Notes under the pieces: model-generated
Databases searched by the model: none
Told to the model about the DNA's origin: nothing
What the model saw: only the letters and a program-made list of their open reading frames with translations
Shown: positions 1 through 15,000 of the stretch, piece by piece
Layout: every line of letters starts with the position of its first letter
Numbering within the stretch: position 1 is the stretch's first letter
Assembly (NCBI GenBank): GCA_964016885.1
Contig: OZ024745.1
Coordinates: forward strand, 4,402,001-4,466,000
Length of the DNA: 64,000 nt
Direction: 5' to 3'
From: Eledone cirrhosa
Taxonomy: Eukaryota
Position numbers and translations under genes: made by a program

Positions 1-3000
1 TTGAATAAGTTTATATTGGAGGTACAGTAATGGAATATGGTTATATTGGGAGTACAGTAATGGAATAAGGTTATATTGGAAGTACAGTAATGGAATAAGG
101 TTATATTGGGAGTACAGTAATGGAATAAGGTTATATTGGGAGTACAGTAATGGAATAAGGTTATATTGGAAGTACAGCAATGGAATAAACTATATTGGAA
201 GTACCGTAATGGAATAAGGTTATATTGGGAGTACAGTAATGGAATAAGGGTATATTGGGAGTACAGTAATGGAATAAGGTTATATTGGAAGTACAGCAAT
301 GGAATAAACTATATTGGAAGTACCGTAATGGAATAAGGTTATATTTGAAGTACCGTAATGGAATAAGGTTATATTTGTAGTACCGTAATGGAATAAGGTT
401 ATATTGGGGGTACTGTAATGGAATAAGGTTATATTGGAAGTACAGTAATGGAATAAAGTATATTGGAAGTACTGTAATGGAATAAGGTTATATTGGAAGT
501 ACAGTAATGGAATAAGGTTATATTGGAAGTACAGTAATGGAATAAGGTATATTGGAAGTACAGCAATGGAATAAGGTTATATTGGAAGTACAGTAATGGA
601 ATAAAGTATATTGGAAGTACTGTAATGGAATAAGGTTATATTGGAAGTACAGTAATGGAATAAGGTTATATTGGAAGTACAGTAATGGAATAAGGTTATA
701 TTGGAAGTACAGTAATGGAATAAGGTTATATTGGGGGTACAGTAATGGAATAAGGTTATATTGGAAGTACAGTAATGGAATAAGGTTATATTTGAAGTAC
801 CGTAATGGAATAAGGTTATATTGGAAGTATAGCAATGGAATAAGGTATATTGGAAGTACAGCAATGGAATAAGGTTATATTGGAAGTACAGTAATGGAAT
901 AAAGTATATTGGAAGTACTGTAATGGAATAAGGTTATATTGGAAGTACAGTAATGGAATATGGTTATATTGTAAGTAAAGTAATGGAATAAAGTATATTG
1001 GAAGTACAGTAATGGAATAAGGTTATATTGGAAGTATAGCAATGGAATAAGGTTATATTGGGAGTACAGTAATGGAATAAGGTTATATTGGAAGTACAGT
1101 AATGGAATAAGGTTATATTGGGAGTACAGTAATGGAATAAAGTATATTGGAAGTACAGTAATGGAATAAGGTTATATTGGAAGTATAGCAATGGAATAAG
1201 GTTATATTGGGAGTACAGTAATGGAATAAGGTTATATTGGAAGTACAGTAATGGAATAAGGTTATATTGGGAGTACAGTAATGGAATAAAGTATATTGGA
1301 AGTACAGTAATGGAATAAGGTTATATTGGAAGTATAGCAATGGAATAAGGTTATATTGGGAGTACAGTAATGGAATAAGGTTATATTGGAAGTACAGTAA
1401 TGGAATAAGGTTATATTGGGAGTACAGTAATGGAATAAAGTATATTGGAAGTACAGTAATGGAATAAGGTTATATTGGAAGTACAGTAATGGAATAAGGT
1501 TATATTGGAAGTACAGTAATGGAATAAGGTTATATTGGAAGTACAGTAATGGAATAAGGTTATATTGGAAGTACAGTAATGGAATAAGGTTATATTTGAA
1601 GTACAGTAATGGAATAAAGTATATTGGAAGTACAGTAATGGAATAAGGTTATATTGGGGGTACAGTAATGGAATAAGGTTATATTGGAAGTACAGTAATG
1701 GAATATGGTTATATTGGGAGTACAGTAATGGAATAAGGTTATATTGGAAGTACAGTAATGGAATAAGGTTATATTGGGAGTACAGTAATGGAATAAGGTT
1801 ATATTGGGAGTACAGTAATGGAATAAGGTTATATTGGAAGTACAGTAATGGAATAAGGTTATATTGGAAGTACAGTAATGGAATAAGGTTATATTGGAAG
1901 TACAGTAATGGAATAAGGTTATATTGGGAGTACAGTAATGGAATAAGGTTATATTGGAAGTACAGTAATGGAATAAAGTATATTGGAAGTACCGTAATGG
2001 AATAAGGTTATATTGGAAGTACAGTAATGGAATAAGGTTATATTGGGAGTACAGTAATGGAATAAGGTTATATTGGAAGTACAGTAATGGAATAAAGTAT
2101 ATTGGAAGTACCGTAATGGAATAAGGTTATATTGGAGGTACAGTAATGGAATATGGTTATATTGGGAGTACAGTAATGGAATAAGGTTATATTGGAAGTA
2201 CAGTAATGGAATAAGGTTATATTGGGAGTACAGTAATGGAATAAGGTTATATTGGGAGTACAGTAATGGAATAAGGTTATATTGGAAGTACAGCAATGGA
2301 ATAAACTATATTGGAAGTACCGTAATGGAATAAGGTTATATTGGGAGTACAGTAATGGAATAAGGTTATATTGGGAGTACAGTAATGGAATAAGGTTATA
2401 TTGGAAGTACAGCAATGGAATAAACTATATTGGAAGTACCGTAATGGAATAAGGTTATATTTGAAGTACCGTAATGGAATAAGGTTATATTTGTAGTACC
2501 GTAATGGAATAAGGTTATATTGGGGGTACTGTAATGGAATAAGGTTATATTGGAAGTACAGTAATGGAATAAAGTATATTGGAAGTACTGTAATGGAATA
2601 AGGTTATATTGGAAGTACAGTAATGGAATAAGGTTATATTGGAAGTACAGTAATGGAATAAGGTATATTGGAAGTACAGCAATGGAATAAGGTTATATTG
2701 GAAGTACAGTAATGGAATAAAGTATATTGGAAGTACTGTAATGGAATAAGGTTATATTGGAAGTACAGTAATGGAATAAGGTTATATTGGAAGTACAGTA
2801 ATGGAATAAGGTTATATTGGAAGTACAGTAATGGTATAAGGTTATATTGGGGGTACAGTAATGGAATAAGGTTATATTGGAAGTACAGTAATGGAATAAG
2901 GTTATATTTGAAGTACCGTAATGGAATAAGGTTATATTGGAAGTATAGCAATGGAATAAGGTATATTGGAAGTACAGCAATGGAATAAGGTTATATTGGA

Positions 3001-6000
3001 AGTACAGTAATGGAATAAAGTATATTGGAAGTACTGTAATGGAATACGGTTATATTGGAAGTACAGTAGTGGAATATGGTTATATTGGAAGTACAGTAAT
3101 GGAGTAAGGTTATATTGGAAGTACAGTAATGGAATAAGGTTATATTGGAAGTACAGTAATGGAATAAAGTATATTGGAAGTACAGTAATGGAATAAGGTT
3201 ATATTGGAAGTATAGCAATGGAATAAGGTTATATTGGGAGTACAGTAATGGAATAAGGTTATATTGGAAGTACAGTAATGGAATAAGGTTATATTGGGAG
3301 TACAGTAATGGAATAAAGTATATTGGAAGTACAGTAATGGAATAAGGTTATATTGGAAGTATAGCAATGGAATAAGGTTATATTGGGAGTACAGTAATGG
3401 AATAAGGTTATATTGGAAGTACAGTAATGGAATAAGGTTATATTGGGAGTACAGTAATGGAATAAAGTATATTGGAAGTACAGTAATGGAATAAGGTTAT
3501 ATTGGAAGTACAGTAATGGAATAAGGTTATATTGGAAGTACAGTAATGGAATAAGGTTATATTGGAAGTACAGTAATGGAATAAGGTTATATTGGAAGTA
3601 CAGTAATGGAATAAGGTTATATTTGAAGTACAGTAATGGAATAAAGTATATTGGAAGTACAGTAATGGAATAAGGTTATATTGGGGGTACAGTAATGGAA
3701 TAAGGTTATATTGGAAGTACAGTAATGGAATATGGTTATATTGGGAGTACAGTAATGGAATAAGGTTATATTGGAAGTACAGTAATGGAATAAGGTTATA
3801 TTGGGAGTACAGTAATGGAATAAGGTTATATTGGGAGTACAGTAATGGAATAAGGTTATATTGGAAGTACAGTAATGGAATAAGGTTATATTGGAAGTAC
3901 AGTAATGGAATAAGGTTATATTGGAAGTACAGTAATGGAATAAGGTTATATTGGGAGTACAGTAATGGAATAAGGTTATATTGGAAGTACAGTAATGGAA
4001 TAAAGTATATTGGAAGTACCGTAATGGAATAAGGTTATATTGGAAGTACAGTAATGGAATAAGGTTATATTGGGAGTACAGTAATGGAATAAGGTTATAT
4101 TGGAAGTACAGTAATGGAATAAAGTATATTGGAAGTACCGTAATGGAATAAGGTTATATTGGAGGTACAGTAATGGAATATGGTTATATTGGGAGTACAG
4201 TAATGGAATAAGGTTATATTGGAAGTACAGTAATGGAATAAGGTTATATTGGGAGTACAGTAATGGAATAAGGTTATATTGGGAGTACAGTAATGGAATA
4301 AGGTTATATTGGAAGTACAGCAATGGAATAAACTATATTGGAAGTACCGTAATGGAATAAGGTTATATTGGGAGTACAGTAATGGAATAAGGTTATATTG
4401 GGAGTACAGTAATGGAATAAGGTTATATTGGAAGTACAGCAATGGAATAAACTATATTGGAAGTACCGTAATGGAATAAGGTTATATTTGAAGTACCGTA
4501 ATGGAATAAGGTTATATTTGTAGTACCGTAATGGAATAAGGTTATATTGGGGGTACTGTAATGGAATAAGGTTATATTGGAAGTACAGTAATGGAATAAA
4601 GTATATTGGAAGTACTGTAATGGAATAAGGTTATATTGGAAGTACAGTAATGGAATAAGGTTATATTGGAAGTACAGTAATGGAATAAGGTATATTGGAA
4701 GTACAGCAATGGAATAAGGTTATATTGGAAGTACAGTAATGGAATAAAGTATATTGGAAGTACTGTAATGGAATAAGGTTATATTGGGGGTACAGTAATG
4801 GAATAAGGTTATATTGGAAGTACAGTAATGGAATAAGGTTATATTTGAAGTACCGTAATGGAATAAGGTTATATTGGAAGTATAGCAATGGAATAAGGTA
4901 TATTGGAAGTACAGCAATGGAATAAGGTTATATTGGAAGTACAGTAATGGAATAAAGTATATTGGAAGTACTGTAATGGAATACGGTTATATTGGAAGTA
5001 CAGTAATGGAATATGGTTATATTGGAAGTACAGTAATGGAGTAAGGTTATATTGGAAGTACAGTAATGGAATAAGGTTATATTGGAAGTACAGTAATGGA
5101 ATAAAGTATATTGGAAGTACAGTAATGGAATAAGGTTATATTGGAAGTATAGCAATGGAATAAGGTTATATTGGGAGTACAGTAATGGAATAAGGTTATA
5201 TTGGAAGTACAGTAATGGAATAAGGTTATATTGGGAGTACAGTAATGGAATAAAGTATATTGGAAGTACAGTAATGGAATAAGGTTATATTGGAAGTATA
5301 GCAATGGAATAAGGTTATATTGGGAGTACAGTAATGGAATAAGGTTATATTGGAAGTACAGTAATGGAATAAGGTTATATTGGGAGTACAGTAATGGAAT
5401 AAAGTATATTGGAAGTACAGTAATGGAATAAGGTTATATTGGGAGTACAGTAATGGAATAAAGTATATTGGAAGTACAGTAATGGAATAAGGTTATATTG
5501 GGAGTACAGTAATGGAATAAGGTTATATTGGAAGTACAGTAATGGAATAAGGTTATATTGGGAGTACAGTAATGGAATAAAGTATATTGGAAGTACAGTA
5601 ATGGAATAAGGTTATATTGGGAGTACAGTAATGGAATAAGGTTATATTGGAAGTACCGTAATGGAATAAGGTTATATTGGAAGTACAATAATGGAATAAG
5701 GTTATATTGGAAGTACAGTAATGGAATAAGGTTATATTGGGAGTACAGTAATGGAATAAAGTATATTGGAAGTACAGTAATGGAATAAGGTTATATTGGA
5801 AGTATAGCAATGGAATAAGGTTATATTGGGAGTACAGTAATGGAATAAGGTTATATTGGAAGTACAGTAATGGAATAAGGTTATATTGGGAGTACAGTAA
5901 TGGAATAAAGTATATTGGAAGTACAGTAATGGAATAAGGTTATATTGGAAGTATAGCAATGGAATAAGGTTATATTGGGAGTACAGTAATGGAATAAGGT

Positions 6001-9000
6001 TATATTGGAAGTACAGTAATGGAATAAGGTTATATTGGGAGTACAGTAATGGAATAAAGTATATTGGAAGTACAGTAATGGAATAAGGTTATATTGGAAG
6101 TACAGTAATGGAATAAGGTTATATTGGAAGTACAGTAATGGAATAAGGTTATATTGGAAGTACAGTAATGGAATAAGGTTATATTGGGAGTACAGTAATG
6201 GAATAAAGTATATTGGAAGTACAGTAATGGAATAAGGTTATATTGGAAGTACAGTAATGGAATAAGGTTATATTGGAAGTACAGTAATGGAATAAGGTTA
6301 TATTGGAAGTACAGTAATGGAATAAGGTTATATTTGAAGTACAGTAATGGAATAAAGTATATTGGAAGTACAGTAATGGAATAAGGTTATATTGGGGGTA
6401 CAGTAATGGAATAAGGTTATATTGGAAGTACAGTAATGGAATATGGTTATATTGGGAGTACAGTAATGGAATAAGGTTATATTGGAAGTACAGTAATGGA
6501 ATAAGGTTATATTGGGAGTACAGTAATGGAATAAGGTTATATTGGGAGTACAGTAATGGAATAAGGTTATATTGGAAGTACAGTAATGGAATAAGGTTAT
6601 ATTGGAAGTACAGTAATGGAATAAGGTTATATTGGAAGTACAGTAATGGAATAAGGTTATATTGGGAGTACAGTAATGGAATAAGGTTATATTGGAAGTA
6701 CAGTAATGGAATAAAGTATATTGGAAGTACCGTAATGGAATAAGGTTATATTGGAAGTACAGTAATGGAATAAGGTTATATTGGGAGTACAGTAATGGAA
6801 TAAGGTTATATTGGAAGTACAGTAATGGAATAAGGTTATATTGGGGGTACAGTAATGGAATAAGGTTATATTGGAGGTACAGTAATGGAATATGGTTATA
6901 TTGGGAGTACAGTAATGGAATAAGGTTATATTGGAAGTACAGTAATGGAATAAGGTTATATTGGGAGTACAGTAATGGAATAAGGTTATATTGGGAGTAC
7001 AGTAATGGAATAAGGTTATATTGGAAGTACAGCAATGGAATAAACTATATTGGAAGTACCGTAATGGAATAAGGTTATATTGGGAGTACAGTAATGGAAT
7101 AAGGTTATATTGGGAGTACAGTAATGGAATAAGGTTATATTGGAAGTACAGCAATGGAATAAACTATATTGGAAGTACCGTAATGGAATAAGGTTATATT
7201 TGAAGTACCGTAATGGAATAAGGTTATATTTGTAGTACCGTAATGGAATAAGGTTATATTGGGGGTACTGTAATGGAATAAGGTTATATTGGAAGTACAG
7301 TAATGGAATAAAGTATATTGGAAGTACTGTAATGGAATAAGGTTATATTGGAAGTACAGTAATGGAATAAGGTTATATTGGAAGTACAGTAATGGAATAA
7401 GGTATATTGGAAGTACAGCAATGGAATAAGGTTATATTGGAAGTACAGTAATGGAATAAAGTATATTGGAAGTACTGTAATGGAATAAGGTTATATTGGA
7501 AGTACAGTAATGGAATAAGGTTATATTGGAAGTACAGTAATGGAATAAGGTTATATTGGAAGTACAGTAATGGAATAAGGTTATATTGGGGGTACAGTAA
7601 TGGAATAAGGTTATATTGGAAGTACAGTAATGGAATAAGGTTATATTTGAAGTACCGTAATGGAATACGGTTATATTGGAAGTACAGTAATGGAATATGG
7701 TTATATTGGAAGTACAGTAATGGAGTAAGGTTATATTGGAAGTACAGTAATGGAATAAGGTTATATTGGAAGTACAGTAATGGAATAAAGTATATTGGAA
7801 GTACAGTAATGGAATAAGGTTATATTGGAAGTATAGCAATGGAATAAGGTTATATTGGGAGTACAGTAATGGAATAAGGTTATATTGGAAGTACAGTAAT
7901 GGAATAAGGTTATATTGGGAGTACAGTAATGGAATAAAGTATATTGGAAGTACAGTAATGGAATAAGGTTATATTGGAAGTATAGCAATGGAATAAGGTT
8001 ATATTGGGAGTACAGTAATGGAATAAGGTTATATTGGAAGTACAGTAATGGAATAAGGTTATATTGGGAGTACAGTAATGGAATAAAGTATATTGGAAGT
8101 ACAGTAATGGAATAAGGTTATATTGGAAGTACAGTAATGGAATAAGGTTATATTGGAAGTACAGTAATGGAATAAGGTTATATTGGAAGTACAGTAATGG
8201 AATAAGGTTATATTGGAAGTACAGTAATGGAATAAGGTTATATTTGAAGTACAGTAATGGAATAAAGTATATTGGAAGTACAGTAATGGAATAAGGTTAT
8301 ATTGGGGGTACAGTAATGGAATAAGGTTATATTGGAAGTACAGTAATGGAATATGGTTATATTGGGAGTACAGTAATGGAATAAGGTTATATTGGAAGTA
8401 CAGTAATGGAATAAGGTTATATTGGGAGTACAGTAATGGAATAAGGTTATATTGGGAGTACAGTAATGGAATAAGGTTATATTGGAAGTACAGTAATGGA
8501 ATAAGGTTATATTGGAAGTACAGTAATGGAATAAGGTTATATTGGAAGTACAGTAATGGAATAAGGTTATATTGGGAGTACAGTAATGGAATAAGGTTAT
8601 ATTGGAAGTACAGTAATGGAATAAAGTATATTGGAAGTACCGTAATGGAATAAGGTTATATTGGAAGTACAGTAATGGAATAAGGTTATATTGGGAGTAC
8701 AGTAATGGAATAAGGTTATATTGGAAGTACAGTAATGGAATAAAGTATATTGGAAGTACCGTAATGGAATAAGGTTATATTGGAGGTACAGTAATGGAAT
8801 ATGGTTATATTGGGAGTACAGTAATGGAATAAGGTTATATTGGAAGTACAGTAATGGAATAAGGTTATATTGGGAGTACAGTAATGGAATAAGGTTATAT
8901 TGGGAGTACAGTAATGGAATAAGGTTATATTGGAAGTACAGCAATGGAATAAACTATATTGGAAGTACCGTAATGGAATAAGGTTATATTGGGAGTACAG

Positions 9001-12000
9001 TAATGGAATAAGGTTATATTGGGAGTACAGTAATGGAATAAGGTTATATTGGAAGTACAGCAATGGAATAAACTATATTGGAAGTACCGTAATGGAATAA
9101 GGTTATATTTGAAGTACCGTAATGGAATAAGGTTATATTTGTAGTACCGTAATGGAATAAGGTTATATTGGGGGTACTGTAATGGAATAAGGTTATATTG
9201 GAAGTACAGTAATGGAATAAAGTATATTGGAAGTACTGTAATGGAATAAGGTTATATTGGAAGTACAGTAATGGAATAAGGTTATATTGGAAGTACAGTA
9301 ATGGAATAAGGTATATTGGAAGTACAGCAATGGAATAAGGTTATATTGGAAGTACAGTAATGGAATAAAGTATATTGGAAGTACTGTAATGGAATAAGGT
9401 TATATTGGAAGTACAGTAATGGAATAAGGTTATATTGGAAGTACAGTAATGGAATAAGGTTATATTGGAAGTACAGTAATGGAATAAGGTTATATTGGGG
9501 GTACAGTAATGGAATAAGGTTATATTGGAAGTACAGTAATGGAATAAGGTTATATTTGAAGTACCGTAATGGAATAAGGTTATATTGGAAGTATAGCAAT
9601 GGAATAAGGTATATTGGAAGTACAGCAATGGAATAAGGTTATATTGGAAGTACAGTAATGGAAGAAAGTATATTGGAAGTACTGTGATGGAATACGGTTA
9701 TATTGGAAGTACAGTAATGGAATATGGTTATATTGGAAGTACAGTAATGGAGTAAGGTTATATTGGAAGTACAGTAATGGAATAAGGTTATATTGGAAGT
9801 ACAGTAATGGAATAAAGTATATTGGAAGTACAGTAATGGAATAAGGTTATATTGGAAGTATAGCAATGGAATAAGGTTATATTGGGAGTACAGTAATGGA
9901 ATAAGGTTATATTGGAAGTACAGTAATGGAATAAGGTTATATTGGGAGTACAGTAATGGAATAAAGTATATTGGAAGTACAGTAATGGAATAAGGTTATA
10001 TTGGAAGTATAGCAATGGAATAAGGTTATATTGGGAGTACAGTAATGGAATAAGGTTATATTGGAAGTACAGTAATGGAATAAGGTTATATTGGGAGTAC
10101 AGTAATGGAATAAAGTATATTGGAAGTACAGTAATGGAATAAGGTTATATTGGGAGTACAGTAATGGAATAAAGTATATTGGAAGTACAGTAATGGAATA
10201 AGGTTATATTGGGAGTACAGTAATGGAATAAGGTTATATTGGAAGTACAGTAATGGAATAAGGTTATATTGGGAGTACAGTAATGGAATAAAGTATATTG
10301 GAAGTACAGTAATGGAATAAGGTTATATTGGGAGTACAGTAATGGAATAAGGTTATATTGGAAGTACCGTAATGGAATAAGGTTATATTGGAAGTACAAT
10401 AATGGAATAAGGTTATATTGGAAGTACAGTAATGGAATAAGGTTATATTGGAAGTACAGTAATGGAATAAGGTTATATTGGAAGTACAGTAATGGAATAA
10501 GGTTATATTGGAAGTACAGTAATGGAATAAGGTTATATTGGAAGTACAGTAATGGAATAAAGTATATTGGAAGTACAGTAATGGAATAAGGTTATATTGG
10601 GTGTACAGTAATGGAATAAGGTTATATTGGAAGTACAGTAATGGAATATGGTTATATTGGGAGTACAGTAATGGAATAAGGTTATATTGGAAGTACAGTA
10701 ATGGAATAAGGTTATATTGGAAGTACAGCAATGGAATAAACTATATTGGAAGTACCGTAATGGAATAAGGTTATATTGGGAGTACAGTAATGGAATAAGG
10801 TTATATTGGGAGTACAGTAATGGAATAAGGTTATATTGGAAGTACAGCAATGGAATAAACTATATTGGAAGTACCGTAATGGAATAAGGTTATATTTGAA
10901 GTACCGTAATGGAATAAGGTTATATTTGTAGTACCGTAATGGAATAAGGTTATATTGGGGGTACTGTAATGGAATAAGGTTATATTGGAAGTACAGTAAT
11001 GGAATAAAGTATATTGGAAGTACTGTAATGGAATAAGGTTATATTGGAAGTACAGTAATGGAATAAGGTTATATTGGAAGTACAGTAATGGAATAAGGTA
11101 TATTGGAAGTACAGCAATGGAATAAGGTTATATTGGAAGTACAGTAATGGAATAAAGTATATTGGAAGTACTGTAATGGAATAAGGTTATATTGGAAGTA
11201 CAGTAATGGAATAAGGTTATATTGGAAGTACAGTAATGGAATAAGGTTATATTGGAAGTACAGTAATGGAATAAGGTTATATTGGGGGTACAGTAATGGA
11301 ATAAGGTTATATTGGAAGTACAGTAATGGAATAAGGTTATATTTGAAGTACCGTAATGGAATAAGGTTATATTGGAAGTATAGCAATGGAATAAGGTATA
11401 TTGGAAGTACAGCAATGGAATAAGGTTATATTGGAAGTACAGTAATGGAATAAAGTATATTGGAAGTACTGTAATGGAATAAGGTTATATTGGAAGTACA
11501 GTAATGGAATATGGTTATATTGGAAGTACAGTAATGGAGTAAGGTTATATTGGAAGTACAGTAATGGAATAAGGTTATATTGGAAGTACAGTAATGGAAT
11601 AAAGTATATTGGAAGTACAGTAATGGAATAAGGTTATATTGGAAGTATAGCAATGGAATAAGGTTATATTGGGAGTACAGTAATGGAATAAGGTTATATT
11701 GGAAGTACAGTAATGGAATAAGGTTATGTTGGGAGTACAGTAATGGAATAAAGTATATTGGAAGTACAGTAATGGAATAAGGTTATATTGGGAGTACAGT
11801 AATGGAATAAAGTATATTGGAAGTACAGTAATGGAATAAGGTTATATTGGGAGTACAGTAATGGAATAAGGTTATATTGGAAGTACAGTAATGGAATAAG
11901 GTTATATTGGGAGTACAGTAATGGAATAAGGTTATATTGGAAGTACCGTAATGGAATAAGGTTATATTGGAAGTACAATAATGGAATAAGGTTATATTGG

Positions 12001-15000
12001 AAGTACAGTAATGGAATAAGGTTATATTGGAAGTACAGTAATGGAATAAGGTTATATTGGAAGTACAGTAATGGAATAAGGTTATATTGGAAGTACAGTA
12101 ATGGAATAAGGTTATATTGGAAGTACAGTAATGGAATAAAGTATATTGGAAGTACAGTAATGGAATAAGGTTATATTGGGGTTACAGTAATGGAATAAGG
12201 TTATATTGGAAGTACAGTAATGGAATATGGTTATATTGGGAGTACAGTAATGGAATAAGGTTATATTGGAAGTACAGTAATGGAATAAGGTTATATTGGG
12301 AGTACAGTAATGGAATAAGGTTATATTGGAAGTACCGTAATGGAATAAGGTTATATTGGAAGTACAATAATGGAATAAGGTTATATTGGAAGTACAGTAA
12401 TGGAATAAGGTTATATTGGAAGTACAGTAATGGAATAAGGTTATATTGGAAGTACAGTAATGGAATAAGGTTATATTGGAAGTACAGTAATGGAATAAGG
12501 TTATATTGGGGGTACAGTAATGGAATAAGGTTATATTGGAAGTACAGTAATGGAATAAGGTTATATTTGAAGTACCGTAATGGAATAAGGTTATATTGGA
12601 AGTATAGCAATGGAATAAGGTATATTGGAAGTACAGCAATGGAATAAGGTTATATTGGAAGTACAGTAATGGAATAAAGTATATTGGAAGTACTGTAATG
12701 GAATAAGGTTATATTGGAAGTACAGTAATGGAATATGGTTATATTGGAAGTACAGTAATGGAGTAAGGTTATATTGGAAGTACAGTAATGGAATAAGGTT
12801 ATATTGGAAGTACAGTAATGGAATAAAGTATATTGGAAGTACAGTAATGGAATAAGGTTATATTGGAAGTATAGCAATGGAATAAGGTTATATTGGGAGT
12901 ACAGTAATGGAATAAGGTTATATTGGAAGTACAGTAATGGAATAAGGTTATGTTGGGAGTACAGTAATGGAATAAAGTATATTGGAAGTACAGTAATGGA
13001 ATAAGGTTATATTGGGAGTACAGTAATGGAATAAAGTATATTGGAAGTACAGTAATGGAATAAGGTTATATTGGGAGTACAGTAATGGAATAAGGTTATA
13101 TTGGAAGTACAGTAATGGAATAAGGTTATATTGGGAGTACAGTAATGGAATAAGGTTATATTGGAAGTACCGTAATGGAATAAGGTTATATTGGAAGTAC
13201 AATAATGGAATAAGGTTATATTGGAAGTACAGTAATGGAATAAGGTTATATTGGAAGTACAGTAATGGAATAAGGTTATATTGGAAGTACAGTAATGGAA
13301 TAAGGTTATATTGGAAGTACAGTAATGGAATAAGGTTATATTGGAAGTACAGTAATGGAATAAAGTATATTGGAAGTACAGTAATGGAATAAGGTTATAT
13401 TGGGGTTACAGTAATGGAATAAGGTTATATTGGAAGTACAGTAATGGAATATGGTTATATTGGGAGTACAGTAATGGAATAAGGTTATATTGGAAGTACA
13501 GTAATGGAATAAGGTTATATTGGGAGTACAGTAATGGAATAAGGTTATATTGGGAGTACAGTAATGGAATAAGGTTATATTGGAAGTACAGTAATGGAAT
13601 AAGGTTATATTGGAAGTACAGTAATGGAATAAGGTTATATTGGGAGTACAGTAATGGAATAAGGTTATATTGGAAGTACAGTAATGGAATAAAGTATATT
13701 GGAAGTACCGTAATGGAATAAGGTTATATTGGAAGTACAGTAATGGAATAAGGTTATATTGGGAGTACAGTAATGGAATAAGGTTATATTGGAAGTACAG
13801 TAATGGAATAAAGTATATTGGAAGTACCGTAATGGAATAAGGTTATATTGGAAGTACAGTAATGGAATATGGTTATATTGGGAGTACAGTAATGGAATAA
13901 GGTTATATTGGAAGTACACTAATGGAATAAGGTTATATTGGGAGTACAGTAATGGAATGAGGTTATATTGGGAGTACAGTAATGGAATAAGGTTATATTG
14001 GAAGTACAGCAATGGAATAAACTATATTGGAAGTACCGTAATGGAATAAGGTTATATTGGGAGTACAGTAATGGAATAAGGTTATATTGGGAGTACAGTA
14101 ATGGAATAAGGTTATATTGGAAGTACAGCAATGGAATAAACTATATTGGAAGTACCGTAATCGAATAAGGTTATATTTGAAGTACCGTAATGGAATAAGG
14201 TTATATTTGTAGTACCGTAATGGAATAAGTTTATATTGGGGGTACTGTAATGGAATAAGGTTATATTGGAAGTACAGTAATGGAATAAAGTATATTGGAA
14301 GTACTGTAATGGAATAAGGTTATATTGGAAGTACAGTAATGGAATAAGGTTATATTGGAAGTACAGTAATGGAATAAGGTATATTGGAAGTACAGCAATG
14401 GAATAAGGTTATATTGGAAGTACAGTAATGGAATAAAGTATATTGGAAGTACTGTAATGGAATAAGGTTATATTGGAAGTACAGTAATGGAATAAGGTTA
14501 TATTGGAAGTACAGTAATGGAATAAGGTTATATTGGAAGTACAGTAATGGAATAAGGTTATATTGGGGGTACAGTAATGGAATAAGGTTATATTGGAAGT
14601 ACAGTAATGGAATAAGGTTATATTTGAAGTACCGTAATGGAATAAGGTTATATTGGAAGTATAGCAATGGAATAATGTATATTGGAAGTACAGCAATGGA
14701 ATAAGGTTATATTGGAAGTACAGTAATGGAATAAAGTATATTGGAAGTACTGTAATGGAATAAGGTTATATTGGAAGTACAGTAATGGAATATGGTTATA
14801 TTGGAAGTACAGTAATGGAGTAAGGTTATATTGGAAGTACAGTAATGGAATAAGGTTATATTGGAAGTACAGTAATGGAATAAAGTATATTGGAAGTACA
14901 GTAATGGAATAAGGTTATATTGGAAGTATAGCAATGGAATAAGGTTATATTGGGAGTACAGTAATGGAATAAGGTTATATTGGAAGTACAGTAATGGAAT